Virus record (IMG/VR): IMGVR_UViG_3300049216_000317
Location: 20,961 to 84,960 of that record
Source of the DNA: a virus
Lineage: Duplodnaviria > Heunggongvirae > Uroviricota > Caudoviricetes
Reading direction: 5' to 3' (one strand)
DNA length: 64,000 bases
The position numbers and the translations under genes were made by a program. Shown piece by piece: positions 9,106-17,968 of this stretch. Numbering within the stretch: position 1 is the first letter of the stretch; each line of letters starts with the position of its first letter. The notes under the pieces were generated by a model. It saw only the letters and a program-made list of their open reading frames with translations, did not search any database and was not told where the DNA came from.

Positions 9106-9900
9106 TTATTTGAGCAGGTGACTAATACTTTCGATGTTAGGGTTGCTTGAAAGATAGAAAGCGTTTATTGCATCTCTATCGCTTTTTGCCAGATCAGGAC
9201 GCGAAGCCGCTTTGTTAAGCTTCTCAGTGACTTCTTTCTTCGAAAGAGATTTCACATCATTAGCTTTAACTTCTTCAGATTTATTGATGACCTGAAGTTC
9301 GGTAACCGCTTTAGCTTTAGGAGCAGTCTTGCCGACCATTTTGGTCAACAGTTCTGTCACCATATCCAAAGATTTTTTGAGTTCGTCAGCTTTAGCTTTT
9401 TCAGCTTTAACTTCAGATTTCAAAAGAGCGATTTCTTCGTTGTTCACAGCAGGGATCTCAATGGCAGCCGCTTTTTCAGACTTTTCCATTGCGGGACCTT
9501 CTTTGTGAGCGTCGAGACATTTCTTGATGCAATCGTGGTGAGCTTTGAGTTCACCCTTCTTCATTGAAGAATACATTTCATGCATCTGTGCCATGTCTTC
9601 GTCGTCGTAATCATGGGCGTCTTCGTCGTGGCCTTCTTCATGCTTTTCACCTTCGGGTTTTTCGCCTTCTTCGTGTTCAGCATGTTTTTCGCCTTCGCCT
9701 TCAGACTTTTCGCCTTCCTCTTTTTCAGGAGCGGCTTCTTCTTTTGGCTCTTCGTGGCTTTTTTCTTTCTCGCCCTCTTCATCCTCTGGTTTTTCCTTTT
9801 TTGGAGGAAAATCCTCGGACTTCTTCAAGCTCAGATGAGCAGAAAACTCTGCTTCAACTGACTTGATGAGGTCTGAAAGTTCTGTTTCGGTGTATTGCAT
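9106..9900 (-). CDS. putative scaffolding protein (Glu/Lys-rich with tandem EGEK/HEEGEKPEGEK repeats)
   Basis: 264 aa, highly charged, low-complexity repeats, position immediately upstream of capsid gene. Confidence 0.45.
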   Translation of the reverse strand: MQYTETELSDLIKSVEAEFSAHLSLKKSEDFPPKKEKPEDEEGEKEKSHEEPKEEAAPEKEEGEKSEGEGEKHAEHEEGEKPEGEKHEEGHDEDAHDYDDEDMAQMHEMYSSMKKGELKAHHDCIKKCLDAHKEGPAMEKSEKAAAIEIPAVNNEEIALLKSEVKAEKAKADELKKSLDMVTELLTKMVGKTAPKAKAVTELQVINKSEEVKANDVKSLSKKEVTEKLNKAASRPDLAKSDRDAINAFYLSSNPNIESISHLLK

Positions 9901-9925
9901 GGTTATTTCCCCTCAATTCACCTAA

Positions 9926-10387
9926 TTAGTTAGATTTCGTTGGCCAGTAGAGATTCTCGATGTCGACAGTAATAGCCGCTGCGTTGAGTGAAGCTTCGGT
10001 AACAGCAGTGCCGTTAGCGATTTCTTTGAGTTGCATGCGAACGCCGCAAGCCATTGACTCGAAATCAACGATGAACAAATCAGAAGTAGCAACTTCAGGT
10101 TTGTTGGTAGCAGCCAATTCATAAGCCACTTCAAGCGTGTGCGGGGTGTATGCAGTGAGTGGGTTGCCGAAGACGTCCGGAGAAACCATCGGGACACCCT
10201 TCATGCGAATCAAACATACGGGTTGACCTTCAGCTTCGTTTCCACCGTGGGAAAGGAAAAGCATTGGCCATCCTTGTGCGTCGACTGCTTGGCGGATTGT
10301 ATTCAGACCAGCTTGGCCAGCGAAACGCTTGGACAATTTGTCGCCGAGGTCACGCATGGTAGCGTTAGCTTTTGCGAATGATGCCAT
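9926..10387 (-). CDS. hypothetical head-module protein
   Basis: 153-aa ORF, first gene of minus-strand head operon. Confidence 0.4.
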   Translation of the reverse strand: MASFAKANATMRDLGDKLSKRFAGQAGLNTIRQAVDAQGWPMLFLSHGGNEAEGQPVCLIRMKGVPMVSPDVFGNPLTAYTPHTLEVAYELAATNKPEVATSDLFIVDFESMACGVRMQLKEIANGTAVTEASLNAAAITVDIENLYWPTKSN

Positions 10388-10584
10388 TATTAAGACTCCT
10401 ATTTTGCTTAGACGAGGCCGCTAATTCGACAGCCGAACGGCTAACCTCTTGATATAACTATCTGATTGTCGCTTGGGGGTCGGTTATTAGTGATTTCAAT
10501 AACTTACGCGAGCGCCAATACGCTATTAGTCTAATTACAATTTTCAAGCAATCTTAGGGATATACGCCAAAATCGGGAGTTTTA

Positions 10585-11907
10585 ATGAATCAGGGAATGT
10601 ACATCGACGGAATCGCAAGTTCTCAAGCGATCGATACAGCGGGCGAAGTCGTCAGCATTCAAGGAATGGACATTTCTTCTTTGGTTGGTTCAGTTTTTAA
10701 CTGGGAACACAACTCAGATACGCCGATGCAAGTCGTTGGTAAGATCCTTTATGCCAAAAAGATCTTTGAAGAAGGCGATTGTGAGAATGATCGCCAGAAA
10801 AAGTGCTGGGCAAGCTGCCAAATGCCGTTTCTATATGTCATGGGCCAGCTTTTTGATGATCGTAATCCGGCAGCGAAAGAAGTCGCTGGCATGTTTATGT
10901 ACGATCAAAACGCTCCGGAACTTCCACCGACCTTAGGTTTTTCAATCGAGGGTTCAAAGATTTCCAAAGAAGGCATGATCGTTACTCGCTCGATTGCACG
11001 CAAGGTGACCATTACATGCGCGCCAGCCAACAAGACTTGCTTGGCAGGTGCTGTTCAGGACGAAGGTCAGGCGAGCCAAGATGATGACATTTCAAATATT
11101 TTTAAGACGGAGTACGTGGTTGATATGGTAAAGGCAGAGGATGCTGAAAAAATGTTGAGCAAGGCAGAAGACGAATACAAAAAAGGTAGCGTGCTTGGCC
11201 AGACGAAATCCGGCAAAGACGTTTATAGCCATGGTCCAGTTCACGCTTCTGGTTTTGATCAAAACGAACATGAAGAAGCTGCGCAAATGCACTTTAGTGC
11301 TGCCGGAAACCAAAAGGGCAATCCAAAGATGGCCCAGCATCACTACGACAAGTATAAGATGCATTCGCAAAAGATCAGTTCTATGAAGGACAAAGCTGAA
11401 CGCTTTAAAGCTTCAGCGCCAAAAACCATCTCAGAACAGCCTCCAAAGTATGGTAAGCTGCACGACCCTCGCATGAGCGGAACAGGCAAACCTCCTGGAC
11501 CAATCAAAAAAGCGATGACTGCTGATTCAGGCTTGGGCGCTCCGCAATCAAAGAACCAAGGCGCCGCACTCTGCAAACATGGCAAGAAGCCCAAAAAGTT
11601 AAAGAAATCTGATGACGTCATGGTTCCCGACGTAGGCCAAGGCCATAAAGACGATGCCCGCAATAAATCTGGTTCGGTAAAGATCGGCAAAAAGGTCATG
11701 CGCAAGTCTTCAATCTTGCAACGCGCCGAAGAAGCGTATAAAAATTGGACTAAGCGCGAAGAGTTTGAACGTTTTATGAAAAACCGCATGCCGAATCTCA
11801 CTAAGGGTGAAATTGCTGCATTCGGTCAAACCCTTGCGCTGAAAAAATCTTTGGACGCTGAAACGTTACTTGCGGATCTCGTTAATTACGAAATCAAAAA
11901 GTCCTAA
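10585..11907 (+). CDS. putative prohead protease (HK97 gp4 / S78-like N-domain) with Lys-rich C-terminal extension
   Basis: IDGIASSQAIDTAGEVV..NWEHN..LGFSIEGSK..VTITCAPAN resembles S78 motifs (His in FNHD-like box, Ser in GxSxG-like box); C-terminal ~250 aa Lys-rich. Confidence 0.45.
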   Translation: MNQGMYIDGIASSQAIDTAGEVVSIQGMDISSLVGSVFNWEHNSDTPMQVVGKILYAKKIFEEGDCENDRQKKCWASCQMPFLYVMGQLFDDRNPAAKEVAGMFMYDQNAPELPPTLGFSIEGSKISKEGMIVTRSIARKVTITCAPANKTCLAGAVQDEGQASQDDDISNIFKTEYVVDMVKAEDAEKMLSKAEDEYKKGSVLGQTKSGKDVYSHGPVHASGFDQNEHEEAAQMHFSAAGNQKGNPKMAQHHYDKYKMHSQKISSMKDKAERFKASAPKTISEQPPKYGKLHDPRMSGTGKPPGPIKKAMTADSGLGAPQSKNQGAALCKHGKKPKKLKKSDDVMVPDVGQGHKDDARNKSGSVKIGKKVMRKSSILQRAEEAYKNWTKREEFERFMKNRMPNLTKGEIAAFGQTLALKKSLDAETLLADLVNYEIKKS

Positions 11908-12064
11908 AACTTGGGAGGGCATCATGAATATTGACTCGATAAAAGAAGGACTAAAGGGCGTAGCCGAAAAAGCAGCTTCTAAAGTTCTAACCGAAAAGGC
12001 AATAGCGATGCTCTACACTCTCACCTGCCTTATTTGCCCTGACAGCGTCTGGTTCTCCGAAGAC

Positions 12065-12113
12065 TAGACTTTACCACAATTGTGGTATTTCAAAGCTAGC
12101 CCCTACCACAACT
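12065..12113 (+). promoter_or_regulatory. Two copies of palindromic operator-like site ACCACAA(T/C)TGTGGTATT upstream of RtcB gene
   Basis: 12065-12081 ACCACAATTGTGGTATT (perfect 14-bp palindrome) and 12097-12113 ACCACAACTGTGGTATT; centre-to-centre 32 bp; TTGCAA -35-like hexamer immediately follows. Confidence 0.5.
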
Positions 12114-12165
12114 GTGGTATTGCAAAAGCACAGTTTTCATTGCACTCTTTTGAAACGGGGTGACA

Positions 12166-13353
12166 ATGCAAACTATCTATGATCCTAACGAACAAAAAGT
12201 TCCAATCAAAATCTGGTCGCAATTGGACACTGTCGAATTGGGCGCCATCCAACAATTAAAGAACACGGCATCGCTTCCCTTCGTGTTCAAACACGTGGCG
12301 GCGATGCCCGACGTCCATTTTGGTATGGGCGCAACAGTAGGTTCTGTCGTTGCTACAAAAGGAGCGATTTGCCCTGCATGCGTTGGCGTCGACATTGGTT
12401 GCGGCATGATGGCCGTAAAGACCGATCTCGACCACCGCGTGGTCCAGGACAAAATCGCTGAAATTCGCCATTCAATCGAACGTTCAGTTCCGGTAGGCTT
12501 TGGCCAAAACAATCGTTACACGAAAGAAGTGGAAGATTATGCAGGTTGGAAAACATTCACCGAAGCAAACATGGGTTCAAAGAACCTTCTCAAAAAAGCT
12601 CAACATCAGCTTGGTTCTCTCGGGGGCGGAAATCATTTCATTGAGATTTGCTTGGACACCGAAAATTCCGTTTGGGTTATGCTGCATAGCGGTTCACGAG
12701 GTGTCGGAAACATCTTGGCCTCACAGCACATCGACAACGCAAAAGGATTGATGAAGAAATTCTTTGTCGAGTTACCTGATCCGGACTTGGCATTCCTTCC
12801 GATGCACACGAAAGAGTTCGATGATTACATTCGCGATCTGAATTGGGCGCAGGAATATGCCTTGGAGAATCGCGCGGAAATGATGCGACGAGTCCTAAAG
12901 GACCTTTCGTTCGCTGTTTATAAAGAGGACGGAAGAATCGCAAAATCGTATGAAGTGAATTGCCACCATAACTATATTGCGTGGGAACATCACTACGGAG
13001 AAAACGTAATGGTCACTCGTAAGGGCGCTGTTCGCGCTCGCAAGGGTGATTTGGGAATCATCCCCGGAAGTATGGGAGCTAAGTCTTTCATTGTTGAGGG
13101 ACTCGGGAATCCGAAGTCTTTCAATTCCTGTTCACATGGAGCCGGACGCAAGATGTCGCGTACTAAGGCTCGCAAAGCATTCACGCTGGAAGATCTGGCA
13201 GCCCAGACTCTTGGTGTTGAATGTCGAAAAGACGATGGCGTCCTAGATGAAATTCCGGCGGCTTATAAAGACATTGAAACTGTCATGGAGAACCAGAAAG
13301 ATTTAGTTCAAGTCGTCGCACAACTCAAACAGATTTTGTGCATAAAGGGATAA
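12166..13353 (+). CDS. rtcB: RtcB RNA 3'-phosphate/2',3'-cyclic phosphate ligase
   Basis: AAMPDVHFGMGATVG, GGGNHFIEI, HNY, RKGA, SMGAKS, SCSHGAGRK motifs; start taken at ATG 12166 (RBS GGGGTGA); ORF track starts at GTG 12160. Confidence 0.9.
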   Translation: MQTIYDPNEQKVPIKIWSQLDTVELGAIQQLKNTASLPFVFKHVAAMPDVHFGMGATVGSVVATKGAICPACVGVDIGCGMMAVKTDLDHRVVQDKIAEIRHSIERSVPVGFGQNNRYTKEVEDYAGWKTFTEANMGSKNLLKKAQHQLGSLGGGNHFIEICLDTENSVWVMLHSGSRGVGNILASQHIDNAKGLMKKFFVELPDPDLAFLPMHTKEFDDYIRDLNWAQEYALENRAEMMRRVLKDLSFAVYKEDGRIAKSYEVNCHHNYIAWEHHYGENVMVTRKGAVRARKGDLGIIPGSMGAKSFIVEGLGNPKSFNSCSHGAGRKMSRTKARKAFTLEDLAAQTLGVECRKDDGVLDEIPAAYKDIETVMENQKDLVQVVAQLKQILCIKG

Positions 13354-13355
13354 GC

Positions 13356-13625
13356 ATGCCAAAAAGAACATTTACCAAAGAATTTCTCACTGACGAACTA
13401 GACCTTCCTTTTTCAGCCATCGAAAAAAAGATCATTGATCAAGGCCGCTGGGAAACCCATTACGAAATCATTTTTGCTCACGAAGGCAAATATTACGCGA
13501 CGGGCTATTCGCGCGGATCTACTGAAATGCAGGATGAGGGACCAGATTTTGGTGGCGACGAAGTTGAATGCGATGAAGTTCATCAGGTCGAAAAAGTCGT
13601 TAAAGTTTGGGAAGAAGTAAAATAA
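13356..13625 (+). CDS. hypothetical acidic protein
   Basis: ORF track 13338..13625; ATG at 13356 just after RtcB stop preferred. Confidence 0.35.
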   Translation: MPKRTFTKEFLTDELDLPFSAIEKKIIDQGRWETHYEIIFAHEGKYYATGYSRGSTEMQDEGPDFGGDEVECDEVHQVEKVVKVWEEVK

Positions 13626-13650
13626 TTGACACTGCCTCTGTAGTCGCCGA

Positions 13651-13696
13651 CGCTATTAACGGGTTTAAAAGTAGTTAATAGCGGACGTGATATAAT
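13651..13696 (+). promoter_or_regulatory. Inverted repeat CGCTATTAAC..GTTAATAGCG followed by extended -10 TGATATAAT upstream of Prs-like gene
   Basis: 10-bp arms at 13651-13660 and 13674-13683; TG-n-TATAAT at 13688-13696; 29 nt upstream of GTG 13725. Confidence 0.5.
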
Positions 13697-13724
13697 CTTA
13701 ATGGTAGGCTCACTTGATTGATGT

Positions 13725-14576
13725 GTGGGTCTAAAAAGCGAACCATTTGGATATTATGGGGGCAAAATGATCTATCTTAACGGCGAAGCCGTACCTGTTA
13801 CGCATTTTCCAGACGGAACTTCTCAAGTCTGGAAGCTCGATGAAAAACACCTGAAAATTGGCGCTGATTCCCATGTGAAATGGGACTTTTCACACGAAGC
13901 CGAATTCTTTCACTTGGCTCAACTTCGTGACATTCTCGCGCTCTACCATCAAAATGTTTTTTTGACGATTTCTTACCTTCCATACGCTCGGCAAGATAAG
14001 CCCGTTTCCAACTCCGCCACTTTTGCTCTTAATACTTTTGGCAAAATACTGAGGGAAATGCGCTTTGGCGACATCGAAATCCTTGATCCTCATAGCCCTC
14101 TCATTATGCATATTGTCGGCGCGAATGACGTTTATCCAAAAGATGCTCTTCAGCGCGTCATCAAAATGACAGAATCATCCATCGTTTGCTACCCTGACAA
14201 GGGAGCACTGAACAAATATACCCAGGTCTATGACTGGCTCGGTGATAACTTCGCCTACGGCGAAAAAGTCCGCGACCAGGCGACTGGAAATATCACTCAC
14301 TACGCACTCTCCGCTAACGGCAAGGATTTGAAAGAACACAACGTCCTGATCGTCGATGATATTTGCGACGGCGGAGCTACATTCTTGATCTTGGCAAAAT
14401 CGCTTAGAGATGCGGGCGTTCCAGACGTAAACCTTTTCGTTACCCACGGCATCTTTTCAAAAGGCGTCAAAATTCTCAAGCAGGGCGGTATTAGCCGCGT
14501 CTTCACCTACGAAGGCGAGATCTTTCACGACTCGCGTGGTTGGCCCAATTCATTTTCAATAGAACGTTTTAACTGA
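13725..14576 (+). CDS. ribose-phosphate pyrophosphokinase family protein (Prs; alternatively ADP-ribose pyrophosphokinase Adps-like)
   Basis: FPDGTSQV, YLPYARQDK, NVLIVDDICDGGATF (PRPP-binding loop), THGIFS. Start alternatives GTG 13725 or ATG 13767 (RBS GGGGG). Confidence 0.8.
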   Translation: MGLKSEPFGYYGGKMIYLNGEAVPVTHFPDGTSQVWKLDEKHLKIGADSHVKWDFSHEAEFFHLAQLRDILALYHQNVFLTISYLPYARQDKPVSNSATFALNTFGKILREMRFGDIEILDPHSPLIMHIVGANDVYPKDALQRVIKMTESSIVCYPDKGALNKYTQVYDWLGDNFAYGEKVRDQATGNITHYALSANGKDLKEHNVLIVDDICDGGATFLILAKSLRDAGVPDVNLFVTHGIFSKGVKILKQGGISRVFTYEGEIFHDSRGWPNSFSIERFN

Positions 14577-14622
14577 GACTAAGGATATTTGGTCTCAATA
14601 ACCCATGGATAGGAGATTACCC

Positions 14623-16098
14623 ATGAAGAGCTTTCTGAACCCTATGTTACTTTGCGACTTTTATAAAGTTGCCCACCGTGAAATGTATCCGCAAAAAACG
14701 GAAATCGTGTATTCGACGTGGACACCCCGCGCAAGTCGTCTTAAAGGGGTCGACAAGGTCGTTGCCTTTGGATTTCAAGCATTCATCAAGACATACTTGA
14801 TTGAATTCTTTAATGAGAACTTCTTCTCACAAGACATCAATGAAATCACACGAAAGTATAAGCGCTTAATTAAGCATACTCTCGGCGTTCAAGATGCCCA
14901 GACATCGCACATCGAAGCCTTGCATGCTTTGGGGTATTTCCCCCTTTCAATCAAAGCTTTGCCTGAAGGTACGCTTACCCCACTTAAGGTGCCAATGTTT
15001 ACCATCGAAAATACGCATCCAGACTTTTTCTGGGTGACCAATTACATCGAAAGCTTAGCTTCGGCTGAATTGTGGCAGCCTTCGACTGCGGCAACTATTG
15101 CTTTGGAATACAAAAAGATCTTTTTGGACGCTGCAAAACGTACTGGTGGCGACCCGACTTTTGTTCCTTTTCAAGGACACGACTTTTCGTTCCGTGGAAT
15201 GGAAGGTCTCATGGGCGCTCTTTCGAGCGGCATGGGGCACTTAACTTCATTCGTGGGAACCGACACGATCCCTGCAATTGAAGCGATTGAACATTTGTAC
15301 TGCGGCAACATCGAAAAAGAACTGATCGGAACCTCTATCCCAGCCTCAGAGCATAGCATTCAATGTGCTTATGGGGATGACATGAAATATTTCGAAAACC
15401 TAATTACGCGCGTTCATCCAAACGGCTTTGTGTCGATTGTTTCCGATGGTTATGACTTTTGGGGAGTTCTGACAGACGTTTTGCCAGCACTAAAGGACAA
15501 GATCATGGCTCGCGATGGCAAAGTTGTGATCCGTCCTGACTCGGGAGATCCAGTTCTTATCGTATGCGGTGACCCTAATGCACCGGAAGGTTCTCCGGAA
15601 TATAAAGGTGCCATCGAGGTCCTTTGGGATATTTTTGGTGGAACCAAGACTTCTGAGGGCTTAGATCTATTGGATTCGCACATTGGCCTTATCTATGGCG
15701 ATGCTATTACTTTAGCTCGTGCAACTCAGATAACCGACATTTTGGAGCAAAAAGGTTTTGCTTCGACGAATGTAGTCTTCGGAATCGGATCGTATACTTA
15801 CCAGTACAATACTCGCGACACTTTTGGATTTGCTCTGAAATCGACTCTTTGCAAAATCGACGGAACTGAAAAACAGATCTTTAAAGATCCAAAAACTGAC
15901 GACGGAACAAAGAAATCATTGAAAGGTCGTGTTGCGGTCTTGAAAGATGCTTATGGAAATCTCATTGCGCGAGATCGTTTTGGTCTTGCCGACGAAATTC
16001 CAGGAAATCAACTTGTGGAAGTTTTCCGCGATGGTAAGCTTTTAGTCGAGCAAACGTTCGAAGACATTCGCAAGCGCATCCAGCAGGATTTAAAGTGA
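14623..16098 (+). CDS. nicotinamide phosphoribosyltransferase family (NadV/NAMPT; alternatively Namat-like)
   Basis: N-term NPMLLCDFYKVAHRE and overall length/architecture typical of NAMPT; RBS AGGAGA 6 nt upstream of ATG 14623 (track starts at 14605). Confidence 0.85.
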   Translation: MKSFLNPMLLCDFYKVAHREMYPQKTEIVYSTWTPRASRLKGVDKVVAFGFQAFIKTYLIEFFNENFFSQDINEITRKYKRLIKHTLGVQDAQTSHIEALHALGYFPLSIKALPEGTLTPLKVPMFTIENTHPDFFWVTNYIESLASAELWQPSTAATIALEYKKIFLDAAKRTGGDPTFVPFQGHDFSFRGMEGLMGALSSGMGHLTSFVGTDTIPAIEAIEHLYCGNIEKELIGTSIPASEHSIQCAYGDDMKYFENLITRVHPNGFVSIVSDGYDFWGVLTDVLPALKDKIMARDGKVVIRPDSGDPVLIVCGDPNAPEGSPEYKGAIEVLWDIFGGTKTSEGLDLLDSHIGLIYGDAITLARATQITDILEQKGFASTNVVFGIGSYTYQYNTRDTFGFALKSTLCKIDGTEKQIFKDPKTDDGTKKSLKGRVAVLKDAYGNLIARDRFGLADEIPGNQLVEVFRDGKLLVEQTFEDIRKRIQQDLK

Positions 16099-16556
16099 GC
16101 AAAGTAACGGTCATCAAGAAAAGTCTTTTTGATGCCCCACCGGGCTCCCTCATTGTTCACGCGTGTAATACGCGGGGCATGTGGGGCTCCGGTATAGCCA
16201 GGGAATTCGCTTTGCGTTTTCCCTGGGCTCACCGCGTTTACAGTCGTCATTGTCATCAAGCGAAAGAAGCCGATGGCACAGCGCCTTCTCTTTTGGGTAC
16301 ATCGCTGATTATTACTGAAGGTGAGCACATGGTCGGCTGCCTTTTTACTTCTGCGAGCTATGGTTCTGATGTCGACGCTCCAGAAAAAATTCTGGATGCC
16401 ACTCGACGAGCCATTGCGGATCTGATTCGTTTGAACGACGCAAAGTGCCCAATTGCACTTTGTAAAATCAATTCGGGACTCTTTAAGGTTCCTTGGGATA
16501 AAACCATGGAAATCCTAAATGAATTTAACCAGGAGTTTACAGTTTATGAGCCTTAG
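16095..16556 (+). CDS. macro domain protein (ADP-ribose binding/processing)
   Basis: SLIVHACNTRGMWGSGIAREF (cf. IVNAAN..GGGV..AI) and IALCKINSGLFKVP (cf. IAFPxISTGxxGxP); GTGA overlap with NAMPT stop. Confidence 0.6.
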   Translation: MSKVTVIKKSLFDAPPGSLIVHACNTRGMWGSGIAREFALRFPWAHRVYSRHCHQAKEADGTAPSLLGTSLIITEGEHMVGCLFTSASYGSDVDAPEKILDATRRAIADLIRLNDAKCPIALCKINSGLFKVPWDKTMEILNEFNQEFTVYEP

Positions 16557-17685
16557 CCTTCCCACCCTTTATAAAAAAGCTTCTACCGGCAAAATTCAGC
16601 AATGGAATATCCATGTTGAACCTGGGGCGATGCAAACGGCATGTATTGTGACTCAACACGGGCAAGTTGGCGGAAAAATCCAAGAGACCAAAGACTGGAT
16701 TGAAGAAGGTAAAAATCTTGGCAAAGCCAATGAGACTTCGGAGCTTCAGCAGGCAGAAGCCGAAGCTAAAGCCAAATGGGAAAAGAAAAAGAAGTCTGGT
16801 TACGTTGAGACTTTAGACGGTGCAGAGGCCGACGAAACTGATGATTTGATCGAAGGTGGCATCGTGCCGATGCTAGCGCAGTCGTTTTCAAAACACGCGC
16901 AGAAGATCAAATATCCTTGCTACGCGCAGCCGAAACTGGATGGCATTCGTTGCATTGCCATTTTAAAAGACGGCGAATGCACTCTTTGGTCGCGCACGCG
17001 AAAGCTCATCACTGGCGTTCCGCATATCGCGCGAGAAGTTGAGAAAATGTTCAAAGGTTTGGACATCGTTTTGGATGGTGAGCTTTATAATCATGAACTC
17101 AAGAAAGACTTCGAACAGATTGTCTCTTTTGTGCGACAAGAAGAGCCTCAGCCCGGATACGACATCGTCGAATACCACATTTACGATGTAGCTAACGGAG
17201 ATATGTTTCACCAGCGGTGGGAGAATTTCATTCGCCGTCTTCCTAAAGATCGTATTCTTTCGCGCAAAATCCATTTCGTTGAGACGGTTTTGATCGACGA
17301 TGAGCCATTTGTTGCCGAACTCTTCGAAAAGTTTACTGCTAGCGGATATGAAGGTTTGATGCTTCGTAACTACGATAGCAAATACGTTAACAAGCGCTCA
17401 TACGATCTTCAAAAGGTAAAAGAGTTTGAAGACGCTGAATTCAAGATCGTCGGCATTAAAGAAGGGCGAGGTAAGCTTGCGGGCCACGCGATTCACGTTT
17501 GCGAAGACGAAAAGGGTGAACAGTTCGACGTGAAAATGAAGGGCGAAACTGCGGTACTCAAAAAACACTTCGATGATCATTCTCTTTGGAAAGGCAAAAA
17601 AATGACGGTCCAGTTCCAGGGCCTAACGGGAGCCAACCAAGTTCCGCGCTTTCCTGTTGGAAAGGCAGTCCGTGATTACGAATAA
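16546..17685 (+). CDS. ATP-dependent DNA (or RNA/DNA) ligase
   Basis: Motif I KLDGIRC (adenylation Lys), DGELY, EGLMLRNYDSKY, downstream KVKEFEDAEFKIVG OB-like region; RBS AGGAG before ATG 16546 (track 16519). Confidence 0.75.
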   Translation: MSLSLPTLYKKASTGKIQQWNIHVEPGAMQTACIVTQHGQVGGKIQETKDWIEEGKNLGKANETSELQQAEAEAKAKWEKKKKSGYVETLDGAEADETDDLIEGGIVPMLAQSFSKHAQKIKYPCYAQPKLDGIRCIAILKDGECTLWSRTRKLITGVPHIAREVEKMFKGLDIVLDGELYNHELKKDFEQIVSFVRQEEPQPGYDIVEYHIYDVANGDMFHQRWENFIRRLPKDRILSRKIHFVETVLIDDEPFVAELFEKFTASGYEGLMLRNYDSKYVNKRSYDLQKVKEFEDAEFKIVGIKEGRGKLAGHAIHVCEDEKGEQFDVKMKGETAVLKKHFDDHSLWKGKKMTVQFQGLTGANQVPRFPVGKAVRDYE

Positions 17686-17968
17686 AATTATCGGTCTCTT
17701 TTTAATGTTTGGCGTGTTCGCGGGCTGCTCTCGAAGCCAAAATGAAATTGGCCGAATGGAAGACCGTTACGAGGCAGTTTGCGTTCAGCGCGAAACCAGC
17801 TATGGCTATGGGGTTACTTCCCACGGACATGTCGTGTCCACGCGTACACGAAACTGTGTACTGCATGCATGCGAGCGCAGTACGGTATTGATTGGCAAAT
17901 ATTGGTGGAACGACACGAAACTTAGCAGTTCCCGAGTTTCTATGAGCGAGTGCGAAAGGTATTTATGA
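17672..17968 (+). CDS. putative small lipoprotein (6 Cys)
   Basis: MITNKIIGLFLMFGVFAGC lipoprotein-type signal peptide with lipobox FAGC; RBS GGAAAGG 6 nt upstream of GTG 17672; overlaps ligase 3' end. Confidence 0.4.
   Translation: MITNKIIGLFLMFGVFAGCSRSQNEIGRMEDRYEAVCVQRETSYGYGVTSHGHVVSTRTRNCVLHACERSTVLIGKYWWNDTKLSSSRVSMSECERYL

Noticed and set aside
9561-9866. Three overlapping ORFs (Lys-rich, Arg/Leu-rich, Phe-rich) inside the scaffold gene
   Set aside because: They are frame artefacts of the GAA/AAG-type tandem repeats in the Glu/Lys-rich scaffold gene, with no independent signals.
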